Assembly: GCA_041615815.1 (NCBI GenBank)
Contig: JBFJCP010000001.1
Span: forward strand, 1 to 64,000
Length of the DNA stretch: 64,000 nt
Direction of reading: 5' to 3'
From: Gemmatimonadales bacterium
GTDB lineage: Bacteria > Gemmatimonadota > Gemmatimonadetes > Gemmatimonadales > GWC2-71-9
The position numbers were made by a program, and so were the translations under genes. Below, piece after piece: positions 9,305-19,872 of this stretch; the stretch's first letter is position 1, and every line of letters starts with the position of its first letter. The notes beneath the pieces are model-generated. The model was given only the letters and a program-made list of their open reading frames with translations. It was not told the DNA's origin and searched no databases.

Positions 9305-10065
9305 GTGCAGTGGTGGACGGCCTGCTCGCCGGCCAGGTGGCGATCGTGACGGGCGCGTCGAGCGGTATCGGGGCCGCGACGGCGCGGGCCATGGCAGGCG
9401 AGGGAGCCGCGGTAACGGTGGCGGCGCGGCGCACCGATCGTCTCGAGCGTCTAGCGGAGGCGATCGAGCGGGATGGAGGCCAGGCGCTCGCCGCGCCAAC
9501 CGATGTGGCCGATCGCCAGTCCGTGCGCGATATGGTCCGCCGGACAGTGAATGTTCACGGGACCGTCGATATCCTCGTCAATAACGCCGGCGTGATGCTC
9601 CTGGCACCGGTGCACAAGCGCAAGGTCGACGAGTGGGATCGGATGATCGACGTCAACGTGAAGGGTCTGATGTACTGTATCGCCGAGACCTTGCCGCTCA
9701 TGCTCGAGCGCCAACGGGGCTTCATCGTCAATGTGGGTTCGGTGGCTGGGAGGCGAGCATTACGCGGTGGTGCCGTCTACAGCGGTACCAAGTTCGCCGT
9801 TCGCGGCATCTCCGAGGGTCTGCGCCACGAGCTCGCCCCTCAAGAGGGAATTCGCGTGGTGGACGTTCAGCCCGGCGTGGTCGACACGGAGCTGGGACAA
9901 CACGTGACCGACCAGGATATGCGTGAGGGGTTTGCTCGGATGTGGGGCAATCGCCGAAAGCTCGACGCCGAGGATATTGCCCGAGCGATTGTCTGGGTCG
10001 TCACCCAGCCAGCCCACGTCAACATCAACGAGGTGCTGATTCGGCCCACCGAACAAGAGACCTGA
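9301..10065 (+). CDS. SDR family NAD(P)-dependent oxidoreductase
   Basis: TGASSGIG, NNAG, YSGTK; ATGA overlap. Confidence 0.95.
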   Translation: MSAVVDGLLAGQVAIVTGASSGIGAATARAMAGEGAAVTVAARRTDRLERLAEAIERDGGQALAAPTDVADRQSVRDMVRRTVNVHGTVDILVNNAGVMLLAPVHKRKVDEWDRMIDVNVKGLMYCIAETLPLMLERQRGFIVNVGSVAGRRALRGGAVYSGTKFAVRGISEGLRHELAPQEGIRVVDVQPGVVDTELGQHVTDQDMREGFARMWGNRRKLDAEDIARAIVWVVTQPAHVNINEVLIRPTEQET

Positions 10066-10077
10066 GTCCAACCATCC

Positions 10078-10578
10078 ATGGCCGACGCATCAGACAGCTG
10101 GTGGCGCGAGAGCTTCTCTCGGCGGGTCCCGGGCGGCCTCCTCGCCATCCTGCGTGTGTATCTCGGGATCGTGTTCTTGGCTGCTGCGACGGCGAAGATG
10201 GGGGGTGAGACGAGCTTCGCCGAAGGTTTACCGATCATTTTGGAGCGACTGGGTGAGAGCGCATATGGGTTCTATCGGGGATTTCTGGGCGCGGTGGCAA
10301 TCCCCTACGCAGGAGCGGTGGCTGGGTTGGTGATCGTCGGGGAGATCGTCGTCGCGATTTCCCTCGTCGCTGGGGTCGCCACCCGGGTTGGTGCCGTGCT
10401 CGCCATGGTTCTCACGCTGAACTACATGCTGTTGAAAGGTGCGTGGTTTTGGACTCCCTCGAGCAACGACGCGGCATTCTTTGTCATTGCCTTGGTCTTA
10501 TATCTTGGAGCGGCGGGTCGCGTGGCCGGAGTCGATGCCCTGTTGGCCAAACGGTTCCCCCAGGTTCCCCTGTGGTGA
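10078..10578 (+). CDS. DoxX family membrane protein
   Basis: LRVYLG...K, GEIVVAISLVAGVATR; several hydrophobic helices. Confidence 0.8.
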   Translation: MADASDSWWRESFSRRVPGGLLAILRVYLGIVFLAAATAKMGGETSFAEGLPIILERLGESAYGFYRGFLGAVAIPYAGAVAGLVIVGEIVVAISLVAGVATRVGAVLAMVLTLNYMLLKGAWFWTPSSNDAAFFVIALVLYLGAAGRVAGVDALLAKRFPQVPLW

Positions 10579-10691
10579 CCACGGGGTTCAGCTCGGGTAT
10601 GCGGCATCGCAGCGATCAAGGGAAGGCATGATCGGTAGACGGACGCCGGCTCGTTGACCCCGACATTGGCCTCATCGCGCACGACGGCACA

Positions 10692-11537
10692 ATGATTCCC
10701 CATACGCTCGGCATCGTTGGACTCGGCGCCATCGGTGGCTCGGTGGCCTGGGCCGCGGCCCGTGCCGGGATCCCGCGAATCATCGGCTACTCCAAATCCC
10801 GCAAAGACGGCGTTGCCGCGGTGCGCCACGGGGCCGTGACCGAGCTTGCCACCGATCTCCCGCGCGCGCTTCGCGGCGTCGAGTTTCTCGTGATTGCCGT
10901 TCCGCCGGGCGCGACGATCGAGGTGATGCGCGCCACCGCCTCCCAGCTCAAAACCAAGGGCGTCTTTTGCACCGACGTCGCGAGTGTGAAAGGACCTGTC
11001 ATGCGGGCAGCGGAGACGCTCGGGTTGCAAGAGGTGTTTGCGGGTTCGCACCCCTTCGCAGGCTCGCATCGGCCGGGATTTGGCGGCGCTGCGCCCGACC
11101 GGCTGTCCGGAGCCGTCATCTACGTGAGTCCGCTGAGGGACGGGGATCGCGCGGCACGGGAGGTGTGCGACTTCTGGACGAGGGTTGTGAGCGCGCACCC
11201 TGTGCAGGTGTCCGCGGAAGAGCACGACGCCCTCGTCGCTTGGACCAGCCACCTCCCGCAGGCGGTGTCGTCCGCCTTGGCGGTGACGCTCGCCCGGCAC
11301 GGGGCGCGCGGAATGCGCTTGGGCACGGGGGCCCAATCGGCTACCCGCCTGGCCGGGGGTGACGTCACGATGTGGACCGACGTCCTCCTGATGAATCGCG
11401 AGGCCGTCATCGCGGGACTCGCATCGTTCGACCACGTCGTTTCGGAGCTGACGCGAGCGCTGAACGCCGGGGACGCGGAGGGTGTATCGCGGTGGCTCGA
11501 ACAGGGAGCCCATTGGCGCCGGGCCGTGGAACCGTGA
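10692..11537 (+). CDS. tyrA: Prephenate/arogenate dehydrogenase
   Basis: GLGAIGGS, TDVASVK, GSHPFAG, HDALVAWTSHLP. Confidence 0.92.
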   Translation: MIPHTLGIVGLGAIGGSVAWAAARAGIPRIIGYSKSRKDGVAAVRHGAVTELATDLPRALRGVEFLVIAVPPGATIEVMRATASQLKTKGVFCTDVASVKGPVMRAAETLGLQEVFAGSHPFAGSHRPGFGGAAPDRLSGAVIYVSPLRDGDRAAREVCDFWTRVVSAHPVQVSAEEHDALVAWTSHLPQAVSSALAVTLARHGARGMRLGTGAQSATRLAGGDVTMWTDVLLMNREAVIAGLASFDHVVSELTRALNAGDAEGVSRWLEQGAHWRRAVEP

Positions 11538-12802
11538 AGATCCGCGGCACGGTCACGCCTCCCGGCGACAAGAGCATCACGCATCGCGCGCTGATCATCG
11601 GCGGCATGCTCCGGGCGCCGCTGAGCCTCGGTCATCCCCTCACGTCCGCGGACGCGCGGAGCAGCGCACGAGTCCTCCGCCAACTCGGCGTCCGGGTGGG
11701 ACCACTGCGGGGGGGCCATCGCGTCGAAGTCCAAGGCGCACCGTGGCACGTACCGGAGGGCACCCTCAACTGCGGGAACTCCGGCACCACCGCCCGACTC
11801 ATGTTGGGAGCCCTCGCCGGATGTCCATTCGCCGCCCGCCTCACCGGTGACCGCTCGCTCCGGCGCCGCCCGATGCGTCGAGTCACCGTACCGCTCACGT
11901 CCATGGGCGCGACGATTCGTGAGGAGCGGGGTGACGGCCTGCCACTCACGATTCAGGGGGGGGCGCTCAGCCCGCTGCAGTATGACTCGCCGGTGGCCAG
12001 CGCGCAGGTGAAGAGTGCCCTCATGCTCGCCGCGCTCGGCGGTCGAGTGGCGGTGACAATCACGGAACCGGCGCGCTCGCGCGATCACACCGAGCGGATG
12101 TTGCGGTTCTTTGGGGTCGACATTGACGCGCAGGGAACGGTGGTGCAGTTGGATGGCGCGTCGTTCCAGCCTGCGGAGGTACCACCACAATCCATCGACA
12201 TTCCGGGCGACCCGTCGTCGGCAGCGTTCTTGGTCGCGGTCGCCCTGCTGGCCGAGAGTGGGGAGCTCCATATCGAAGGCGTGGGAGTCAATCCGACGCG
12301 GACGGGTTTCCTCCGCGTGCTCGAGCGTATGGGAGCAACGATCCAGCGGGAGAATGAGCGCGAGAGTGCCGGCGAACCCGTGGCGGATCTCCTCGTGCGG
12401 CCTGGCGCGCTCACCGGCACGCGCGTCGACGCTTCGGAGATCCCGAGTTCGATCGACGAGGTGCCGATTCTGGCCGTCTTGGCGGCCAGGGCCGCGGGCG
12501 AAACTCGCTTCTGCAGTGTGGCCGAGCTGCGGGTCAAGGAGAGCGATCGGCTGAACATCCTGGCGGCCAATCTCCGAACCCTGGGGATCGAGGCAGCGGT
12601 CGAGGGAGACGATCTCGTGGTCGTCGGATCCGATCATCGACCTCGCGGCCGGATCGAGACCGGGGGCGATCACCGCATCGCGATGGCTTTCGCCGTGCTG
12701 GGCACCGTGCCGGGCGCAGCGGTGGCGTTGTCCGAAACGGCGTCCGTCGGCGTCAGTTACCCGCGCTTCTTCGCCGATCTCGAGCGTATTCGTGGCGAGT
12801 AG
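11534..12802 (+). CDS. aroA: 3-phosphoshikimate 1-carboxyvinyltransferase
   Basis: PGDKSITHR, CGNSGTT, SAQVKS, RDHTE, RVKESDR, DHRIAM. Confidence 0.97.
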   Translation: MKIRGTVTPPGDKSITHRALIIGGMLRAPLSLGHPLTSADARSSARVLRQLGVRVGPLRGGHRVEVQGAPWHVPEGTLNCGNSGTTARLMLGALAGCPFAARLTGDRSLRRRPMRRVTVPLTSMGATIREERGDGLPLTIQGGALSPLQYDSPVASAQVKSALMLAALGGRVAVTITEPARSRDHTERMLRFFGVDIDAQGTVVQLDGASFQPAEVPPQSIDIPGDPSSAAFLVAVALLAESGELHIEGVGVNPTRTGFLRVLERMGATIQRENERESAGEPVADLLVRPGALTGTRVDASEIPSSIDEVPILAVLAARAAGETRFCSVAELRVKESDRLNILAANLRTLGIEAAVEGDDLVVVGSDHRPRGRIETGGDHRIAMAFAVLGTVPGAAVALSETASVGVSYPRFFADLERIRGE

Positions 12803-13469
12803 TCGCGTCATCGCGATTGACGGACCGGCGGGGTCCGGAAAGTCGACGACGGCGCGCGCCGTGGCTGCGCGTCTGGGGCTGGCGCATCTGGACAGCGGCG
12901 CGCTCTACCGAGCGGTCACGTTGGCTGGGCTGGACGCCGCGGAGGAGCCCCGGGGACAACGGCTGGTCGCGCTCGCCCGCTCGCTACCGGTGCGATTGGT
13001 GCTGACCCCCCATGGGTTCCGCCCAGAGGTGGCGGGAGCGGACGTGAGCCAGGCCATTCGGTCGCCGCGCATCGACCGCCACGTATCCGCGGTCGCGGCT
13101 ATGCCTCCGGTGCGGGAATGGGTAACCCAACAACTGCGGGGTGCGGTGGCCATGCACCCTCGGGGGGCGGTGATGGATGGCCGGGATATCGGCACGGCGG
13201 TTTTTCCGGACGCTGTGCTCAAGATCTTCCTGGTGGCGGACCCTGAGGAGCGGGCGCGCCGCCGGCTTAGAGAGCGCGGCCGCGACACGGACGATGCGAC
13301 CGTGCGGACAGCTGCCGAGGGCCTCGCCCGGCGTGACGACGCCGACGCCTCACGTGAGGTGGCGCCACTCGTCAAAGCTCCCGATGCGGTGGAGCTGGAT
13401 ACGACGCATCTCGAGTTCGAGGAGCAGGTGGAAGCCGTCGTACGGCTGGCCCGGAACGCCTTCTCATAA
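12792..13469 (+). CDS. cmk: Cytidylate kinase
   Basis: IAIDGPAGSGKST, LDSGALYR, DGRDIGT. Confidence 0.97.
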   Translation: MASSRVIAIDGPAGSGKSTTARAVAARLGLAHLDSGALYRAVTLAGLDAAEEPRGQRLVALARSLPVRLVLTPHGFRPEVAGADVSQAIRSPRIDRHVSAVAAMPPVREWVTQQLRGAVAMHPRGAVMDGRDIGTAVFPDAVLKIFLVADPEERARRRLRERGRDTDDATVRTAAEGLARRDDADASREVAPLVKAPDAVELDTTHLEFEEQVEAVVRLARNAFS

Positions 13470-13470
13470 C

Positions 13471-13499
13471 TTGACATACACATTCCCAGCGCCTACCAT
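13471..13499 (+). promoter_or_regulatory. sigma70 promoter of rpsA
   Basis: TTGACA-17 nt-TACCAT. Confidence 0.8.
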
Positions 13500-13569
13500 C
13501 CAAGGCTTACCGCTCCTGACTAGTGGGGGGCGGCCGACCGTTCACCTCAACTAGGCTGGATCGCTGTAC

Positions 13570-15432
13570 ATGAGTGATGTTTCTCGGGAGAGCACGCCCG
13601 AAGCCACCCAGGCTGTCGCCTCCGACAAAACCCCGACTCCAACCGACAAGACCTCGATCACTCCCGTTCGATCCGATCTGTACGAGGAGGAGTACTCGGA
13701 CGAAGAGTATGCGCAGATGCTGGAGCTCTACGAAGGAACGCTCCAGAAGATCGCCGAGGGCGAAATTGTCAAATCCAAGGTTCTGCGCGTCACCGACAGC
13801 CACGTCATTCTGGACGTGGGGTTCAAATCCGAGGGCGCAGTCCCCATCGACGAATTCAAGAGCGCGGACGGCGTCGCACCTGGCGACGAAGTCGAGGTTC
13901 TCCTGGAGAACCTCGAGGACGAGCAGGGCACCGTCGTCCTCTCGAAGAAGAAGGCCGATTTCATGCGCGTGTGGGAGAAGATCCGACACGCCTACGAGAA
14001 CGACCAGCCCGTCGAGGGCACACTTCAGAAGAAGATCAAAGGTGGCGTTGTCGTCGATCTCATGGGGGTCGACGCCTTTCTCCCTGGCAGCCAGATCGCG
14101 CTCCGGCGTGTGCCGAACATCGACGAGTTACTGGGTCAGACCTATTACTTCAAAATCATCAAGCTGAACAAGCGCCGCCGCAACATCGTCGTCTCCCGAC
14201 GAGTCATCTTGGAGGCGGAACGAGCCCACAAGCGCGAGCACCTCATGAAAGAGCTCGAGGTGGGTCAGATGCGGAAGGGCGTGGTCAAGAATATCACCGA
14301 TTTCGGCGCCTTCATCGATCTCGGCGGCGTGGATGGGCTGTTGCACATCACCGATATGAGCTACGGGCGCGTGTCGCACCCGTCCGAGGTGGTGGATCTC
14401 GGGCAGGAGATCGAGGTCAAGGTCCTCGACATCGATTGGGAGCGCGAACGGATTTCCCTCGGGCTCAAGCAACTCCAGTCGTACCCGTGGGAGAACGTGA
14501 GCGAGAAATACCCGGTGGGGTCTCGCGTCCAGGGCAAGGTCGTGAGTATCACCAACTACGGAGCGTTCGTGGAGTTGGAGCCGGGCATCGAAGGATTGGT
14601 GCACATTTCCGAGATGAGCTGGACCCGCAGCGTGCGTCATCCCTCGAAGGTGGTCTCCATCGGAGAGACCATCGAAGCGGTGGTGCTCAAGGTCGATGCT
14701 GGGGAAGAGAAGATCTCCCTAGGCATGAAACAGACGGAGCAGGATCCGTGGGTGATGTTGCCCATGAAGTATCCGGTCGACACGCGCATCACGGGCAAGG
14801 TTCGCAATCTCACGTCGTTTGGCGCCTTCGTGGAGCTCGAGCCTGGCATCGACGGCCTGATTCACATCTCCGACATGTCGTGGACGAAGCGGGTACAGCA
14901 TCCGTCGGAGGTCGTGAAGAAGGGTGACACGGTCGAGGTGGTGATCCTCAATATCGATCCGGACAACAAGCGGATTTCCCTGGGCCTCAAACAGCTCCTC
15001 GAGGATCCGTGGCTGAAGATCGCCGAGACGCACCCGGTGGGCATGGAGCTGGAGGGCTACGTGGTGCGGCTGCAGGATTCCGGTGCCGTCGTGGATCTTG
15101 GCGGCGATCTCGAGGGGTTCGTGCCTCAGTCACAGCTCCCGATCCCGGAGGGGCAGGCACTCGAGCAGGTCATTCGGGCGGGCCAGAAGCTCGCGCTGAA
15201 ACTCCTCGAAGTGGATCCCATTCACCATCGGATCGTGCTGGCGGCCACCGAGATCCTCGAGAGTCCGCCTGAGCCCGAACCCGGGTCGGAACCGCCGCTG
15301 GCGGAAACGACGGACGAAGCGGCGATCGCCGAGGAGCGTGAAGAGCCCGTGGCAGAAGCCGACGATTCGGCGCAGATGGCCGAGGCAACCACGGAAGAGG
15401 CCCAGGCGAAGCCGGAATCCCCAGCGGAGTGA
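13570..15432 (+). CDS. rpsA: 30S ribosomal protein S1
   Basis: Tandem S1 domains (AFLPGSQ, TDFGAFIDLGGVDGLLH, GLVHISEMSW); follows cmk. Confidence 0.98.
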   Translation: MSDVSRESTPEATQAVASDKTPTPTDKTSITPVRSDLYEEEYSDEEYAQMLELYEGTLQKIAEGEIVKSKVLRVTDSHVILDVGFKSEGAVPIDEFKSADGVAPGDEVEVLLENLEDEQGTVVLSKKKADFMRVWEKIRHAYENDQPVEGTLQKKIKGGVVVDLMGVDAFLPGSQIALRRVPNIDELLGQTYYFKIIKLNKRRRNIVVSRRVILEAERAHKREHLMKELEVGQMRKGVVKNITDFGAFIDLGGVDGLLHITDMSYGRVSHPSEVVDLGQEIEVKVLDIDWERERISLGLKQLQSYPWENVSEKYPVGSRVQGKVVSITNYGAFVELEPGIEGLVHISEMSWTRSVRHPSKVVSIGETIEAVVLKVDAGEEKISLGMKQTEQDPWVMLPMKYPVDTRITGKVRNLTSFGAFVELEPGIDGLIHISDMSWTKRVQHPSEVVKKGDTVEVVILNIDPDNKRISLGLKQLLEDPWLKIAETHPVGMELEGYVVRLQDSGAVVDLGGDLEGFVPQSQLPIPEGQALEQVIRAGQKLALKLLEVDPIHHRIVLAATEILESPPEPEPGSEPPLAETTDEAAIAEEREEPVAEADDSAQMAEATTEEAQAKPESPAE

Positions 15433-15484
15433 GTGCGGCCGATGACGTAACCCCGGGCTCGAAGTCGGCGAGGCCACCCGCCCC

Positions 15485-17035
15485 ATGACCATCCAGAAGA
15501 AACTCGAGGTCCTCCACCACCTGCGCTCCGAGTCTGAGCAGGGGGGAGGACCTGATCGCATCGAGCAACAGCACGGGAAGGGCAAGCTCACCGCTCGCGA
15601 GCGCCTCGATTTCTTGCTGGATCCGGGATCGTTCGTCGAGCTAGATCGCTTCGTCACGCATCGATCCTCGGACTTCGGCCTCGCCGACAAGCAGATCCTG
15701 GGCGATGGGGTGGTGACCGGCTACGGCCGGATCGACGGGCGATTGGTGTACGTGTTTTCGCAGGATTTCACGGTGTTCGGCGGATCCTTGGCCGAGGCGC
15801 ACGCCGAAAAAATCTGCAAGGTGATGGACCTCGCTGTCCGCAACGGAGCGCCGGTGGTGGGTCTCAACGACTCCGGCGGTGCCCGTATCCAGGAAGGCGT
15901 GGTCTCCCTCGGCGGCTATGCCGACATATTCTTGCGCAACACGCTGACGTCCGGCGTAGTCCCTCAGATCAGCGCGATCCTCGGGCCCTGCGCGGGCGGT
16001 GCCGTGTACAGTCCCGCAATCACCGACTTCGTGTTCATGGTACGGGGTATCTCCTACATGTTCGTCACGGGCCCGAATGTGGTGAAGACGGTGACCCACG
16101 AGGACGTGAGTCCTGACGAGCTCGGAGGCGCAGACGTGCACGGGTCGGTCACGGGGGTGGCGCAGTTCGTCCACGATTCCGAGGTCGAGTGCCTCGCTGC
16201 CATTCGGCAGCTCCTGGGTTACCTGCCGGGTAACAACGTGGACAGTCCGCCCGTTCGTGAATCGACCGACCCACCGGACCGGCGGGACGAAGAGCTTCTG
16301 CATCTGGTTCCGGACAATCCCAACAAACCCTACGACATGCACGAGGTCATCCGGCGCGTAGTGGACGACGGTGAGCTGCTCGAGGTGCACCGCGATCACG
16401 CCGCGAACCTGATCGTGGGATTCTCCAGACTGGCCGGACACCCGGTAGGGGTGATTGCGAACCAGCCCGCAATGCTGGCCGGTGTCTTGGATATCAAGGC
16501 GTCGATCAAGGGTGCCCGATTCGTCCGGTTCTGTGATGCCTTCAACGTCCCGCTGCTCACCTTCGAAGATGTGCCCGGGTTTCTTCCGGGAGTGGATCAA
16601 GAGCATGGAGGTATCATCAAGCACGGCGCCAAGCTGCTGTATGCCTTTGCAGAAGCGACGGTCCCCAAGCTCACCGTGATCACTCGCAAGGCGTATGGTG
16701 GCGCGTACGACGTCATGAGCTCCAAGCACGTACGGGGCGATTTCAACGTCGGTTGGCCCACCGCAGAGATTGCGGTGATGGGTCCCAAAGGTGCTGCCGA
16801 GATTCTGTTCCGTCGGGAAATCGCCGCCGCGCCGGACCCTCAGGCGCGGCTCGACGCATTGGTCAGCGATTACCGAGAGAAGTTCGCACATCCCTACCAT
16901 GCCGCTGCGCGCGGCTACCTCGACGACGTCATCGATCCTCGAGAGACGCGGCCGCTCTTGATCTCGGCTCTGCAGACGCTGCTCACCAAGCGGGACACCA
17001 ATCCCCCGAAGAAGCATGGGAACATCCCACTGTAG
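15485..17035 (+). CDS. pccB: Acyl-CoA (propionyl/methylmalonyl-CoA) carboxyltransferase beta subunit
   Basis: [42 protein letters not shown]. Confidence 0.93.
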   Translation: MTIQKKLEVLHHLRSESEQGGGPDRIEQQHGKGKLTARERLDFLLDPGSFVELDRFVTHRSSDFGLADKQILGDGVVTGYGRIDGRLVYVFSQDFTVFGGSLAEAHAEKICKVMDLAVRNGAPVVGLNDSGGARIQEGVVSLGGYADIFLRNTLTSGVVPQISAILGPCAGGAVYSPAITDFVFMVRGISYMFVTGPNVVKTVTHEDVSPDELGGADVHGSVTGVAQFVHDSEVECLAAIRQLLGYLPGNNVDSPPVRESTDPPDRRDEELLHLVPDNPNKPYDMHEVIRRVVDDGELLEVHRDHAANLIVGFSRLAGHPVGVIANQPAMLAGVLDIKASIKGARFVRFCDAFNVPLLTFEDVPGFLPGVDQEHGGIIKHGAKLLYAFAEATVPKLTVITRKAYGGAYDVMSSKHVRGDFNVGWPTAEIAVMGPKGAAEILFRREIAAAPDPQARLDALVSDYREKFAHPYHAAARGYLDDVIDPRETRPLLISALQTLLTKRDTNPPKKHGNIPL

Positions 17036-17128
17036 ACCGCGGCGGCAGCAACGGCACGGGCGTCTGAGGCGGCAGCCCCAGGACTGCCGCTCCTGTCGCC
17101 TCGGCGTTGGGAGTGGGGATTGCGACGG

Positions 17129-18631
17129 ATGAACCGCGTCCTTGTCGCGAACCGGGGCGAGATTGCGCTTCGGATCATCCGGGCCTGTCACGAAGAGGGT
17201 CTGGAAGCTGTGGCCGTCTACTCGGCGGTTGATGGGGGCAGTCCTCACGTCCGCGCAGCCGATGCGGCAGTCTACATCGGTGAGGCACCCGCCTCGGAAT
17301 CCTATCTGAGCATCGAGCGCCTCCTGGAGGCCGCCGCCCGCACGGGCGCTGATGCGGTGCACCCCGGGTACGGGTTTCTTGCGGAGCGCGCCGTGTTTGC
17401 GGAGGCCGTGGAAGCGGCGGGACTCGTGTTCGTCGGACCTTCCGCCGCTGCGATACGGGCCATGGGTGAGAAGACGGAGGCCAGGCGTCGGATGGCGGCA
17501 GCCGGCGTGCCGATTGTCCCTGGGACCACGGAACCGGTGGTCGACGCGGACGCGGCCGCGTCGGCAGCCGAACAGGTTGGCTACCCCGTGCTGCTCAAGG
17601 CGGCTGCCGGTGGTGGAGGTAAAGGCATGCGGGTGGCACGCTCGGCAGCGGAGGTGCGGGCGAGGTTTCGGCAAGCTGCCTCAGAGGCGTACAAGGCGTT
17701 TGGCGATGGCGCCGTGTACGTCGAGCGCAAGCTCGAGCGCCCGAGGCACGTGGAAATCCAGGTTCTCGCGGACCGATTCGGCAACACCCTTCATCTGGGC
17801 GAGCGAGAATGCTCGGTGCAGCGACGCCACCAGAAGCTGATCGAGGAATCGCCGTCAGCCGCGGTTGACCTCGACCTACGGCTCAAGATGGGGCACGGCG
17901 CCGTCCAGGCCGCACAAGCGGTGAACTACGTGAACGCCGGCACCGTGGAATTTCTCCTGGATCGGACAGGGCGTTTCTACTTTCTCGAAATGAACACGCG
18001 GCTTCAGGTCGAGCATCCGGTGACCGAGTTGGTGTACGGCGTCGATCTCGTCCGAGAGCAATTGCGCGTAGCGGCGGGCGAGCCAACGACACTTCCCGGT
18101 CGTCCCATGCGGCCCCGCGGACATGCCATTGAGTGTCGCATCACGGCCGAGGACCCCTTCAACGGGTTTCTCCCGGCTACGGGGCGCATCCAATACCTTC
18201 GCGTTCCGACGGGCGCAGGTGTCCGGTGGGACGGGGGGATCGACGTGGGGAGTGAGGTTGGGCTGCACTACGATTCACTCCTTGGCAAGCTGATCGCGTG
18301 GGGCGAAACCCGCGACCGTGCCATCCGGCGCATGGAGCGAGCCCTGTCGGAACTCGTGATCGTTGGCGTGCTCACGTCGCAACCGTTCCATCGCCGCGTC
18401 ATGGCGGATGCCAGCTTCCGCGCGGGAGACTACGACATCGACTACCTGGAGCGCGTCGGTTCGACCGTTTTGCGCGTGGAACCGACGGACGAAGAGCTGC
18501 ATCTCGCCGCCATCGCGGCGGTCCTCGCCGAGGAAGAAGCCCGTCGAGTAGCAGCACCACACGCGAACGGTCCCACGCCTCATCACGAGAGCGCATGGCT
18601 CCGCGCCGCCCGGTTGGCGGCGCTGCGATGA
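17129..18631 (+). CDS. accC: Biotin carboxylase subunit
   Basis: ANRGEIA, HPGYGFLAE, GGGGKGM, QRRHQK, EMNTRLQVEHPVTE. Confidence 0.95.
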   Translation: MNRVLVANRGEIALRIIRACHEEGLEAVAVYSAVDGGSPHVRAADAAVYIGEAPASESYLSIERLLEAAARTGADAVHPGYGFLAERAVFAEAVEAAGLVFVGPSAAAIRAMGEKTEARRRMAAAGVPIVPGTTEPVVDADAAASAAEQVGYPVLLKAAAGGGGKGMRVARSAAEVRARFRQAASEAYKAFGDGAVYVERKLERPRHVEIQVLADRFGNTLHLGERECSVQRRHQKLIEESPSAAVDLDLRLKMGHGAVQAAQAVNYVNAGTVEFLLDRTGRFYFLEMNTRLQVEHPVTELVYGVDLVREQLRVAAGEPTTLPGRPMRPRGHAIECRITAEDPFNGFLPATGRIQYLRVPTGAGVRWDGGIDVGSEVGLHYDSLLGKLIAWGETRDRAIRRMERALSELVIVGVLTSQPFHRRVMADASFRAGDYDIDYLERVGSTVLRVEPTDEELHLAAIAAVLAEEEARRVAAPHANGPTPHHESAWLRAARLAALR

Positions 18632-19872
18632 CGGTGGTCGACATTCTCCGAATTGCCTCAGGTGGATCGGGCGTGGCGCGTCTCCCCGACGGCATGGCGG
18701 TGTTCGTACCGCGGACGGCGCCAGGCGATCGCGTGGCAATTCACGTCATGGAGCGCAAGCGGCGTTGGGCGCGTGCGCGTCCGGAGCAGTTGCTGACGCC
18801 GGGGCCCGACCGCGTGGACCCCACGTGTCGGCATTACACGCACGATCGATGCGGCGGCTGCCAACTGCAACACATCGGTCTCGAGACGCAACTCGAGATC
18901 AAGCGCGGGTTGGTGGGCGAGGCCGTGCGGCGCATCGGACGCCGCGACGTGCCAGATCCGGAGATCGTGCGCTCCCCGGACGCGTGGCGCTACCGGCGGA
19001 AGATCACGCTGGCTGTCCGCGATGGGCGGATCGGTCTCCATCCCTTCGATGATCCGCAAAGCGTCTTCGAGCTCGACGATTGTCCCATCGCCGACGCGGG
19101 ACTCATGGAGTTGTGGCAGGTGGTCAGAACCCACCGACACCTGCTACCCGCCGATCTGACGGAGCTGATGCTCCGGGCAGACCGCGATGGTGGATGGCAC
19201 GTGGTCGTGGCGAGTCCGGCGGGCGAGGCGTGGGACGCCCGGGCCCTTGCCCGATCCGTGGACCGCGAGGACGTGTCGTTCTGGTGGCGACCGCATGGAG
19301 GTGCGGCCCGGGTCGTGGCGGGATCCACCCGAGGGTTTCCGGTGCTGGCGTTCCAGCAGGTCAATCCACCGCTGGCCGCGCGGATTCGGCAAGACGCCGC
19401 GGACGCCCTCGCACCGCTCGACGGGACCGTCACGTGGGACCTGTACGGAGGGGCGGGGGACACGGCGCAACTCTTGGCTCGCGCCGGCGCGTCCGTGTGG
19501 TCCGTGGACCGGGATCGGAGCGCCGTCAGGTGGGCACAGGCCAACCTCCCGGAGGGTCTTCGGGACCGCGTGACATTCGTCGCGGCCGCGGCGGAGGAGG
19601 CGCTCCACCGTCTCCCTCGGCCGGACAAGGTGGTGGTGAATCCCCCTCGGGCTGGGTTGGACCGGCGCGTGGCGGCCCGACTGGATCGTTGGAGTGCCGA
19701 CGATCGCGGGGCACGCTTGGCCTACATTTCCTGCGATCCTGCCACGCTCGCGCGGGATCTTTCCCGACTGCCCTCGCTCAGGTTGCAGCGAGCTGTCGCG
19801 TACGATCTCTTTCCTCACACCTCGCACGTCGAGACGCTTGCCGTTCTGGAGTCGCAGTGCGCTATACGGTGA
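18628..19872 (+). CDS. TRAM-domain RNA (uracil-C5)-methyltransferase, RlmD/TrmA family
   Basis: N-terminal TRAM domain, C..CGGC Fe-S motif, FQQVN, DLYGGAG, NPPRAG, YISCDPATLARD, DLFPHTSHVE. Confidence 0.9.
   Translation: MTVVDILRIASGGSGVARLPDGMAVFVPRTAPGDRVAIHVMERKRRWARARPEQLLTPGPDRVDPTCRHYTHDRCGGCQLQHIGLETQLEIKRGLVGEAVRRIGRRDVPDPEIVRSPDAWRYRRKITLAVRDGRIGLHPFDDPQSVFELDDCPIADAGLMELWQVVRTHRHLLPADLTELMLRADRDGGWHVVVASPAGEAWDARALARSVDREDVSFWWRPHGGAARVVAGSTRGFPVLAFQQVNPPLAARIRQDAADALAPLDGTVTWDLYGGAGDTAQLLARAGASVWSVDRDRSAVRWAQANLPEGLRDRVTFVAAAAEEALHRLPRPDKVVVNPPRAGLDRRVAARLDRWSADDRGARLAYISCDPATLARDLSRLPSLRLQRAVAYDLFPHTSHVETLAVLESQCAIR

Noticed and set aside
14270..15010. Repeated DNA segments within rpsA
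   Set aside because: These are the normal tandem S1 domains, not a repeat array.
15641..17674. 677-aa antisense ORF and many other long overlapping ORFs (e.g. 11120..12811, 45090..46493, 53928..55223)
   Set aside because: Shadow ORFs opposite well-conserved genes, expected from high-GC codon bias; no recognisable motifs.
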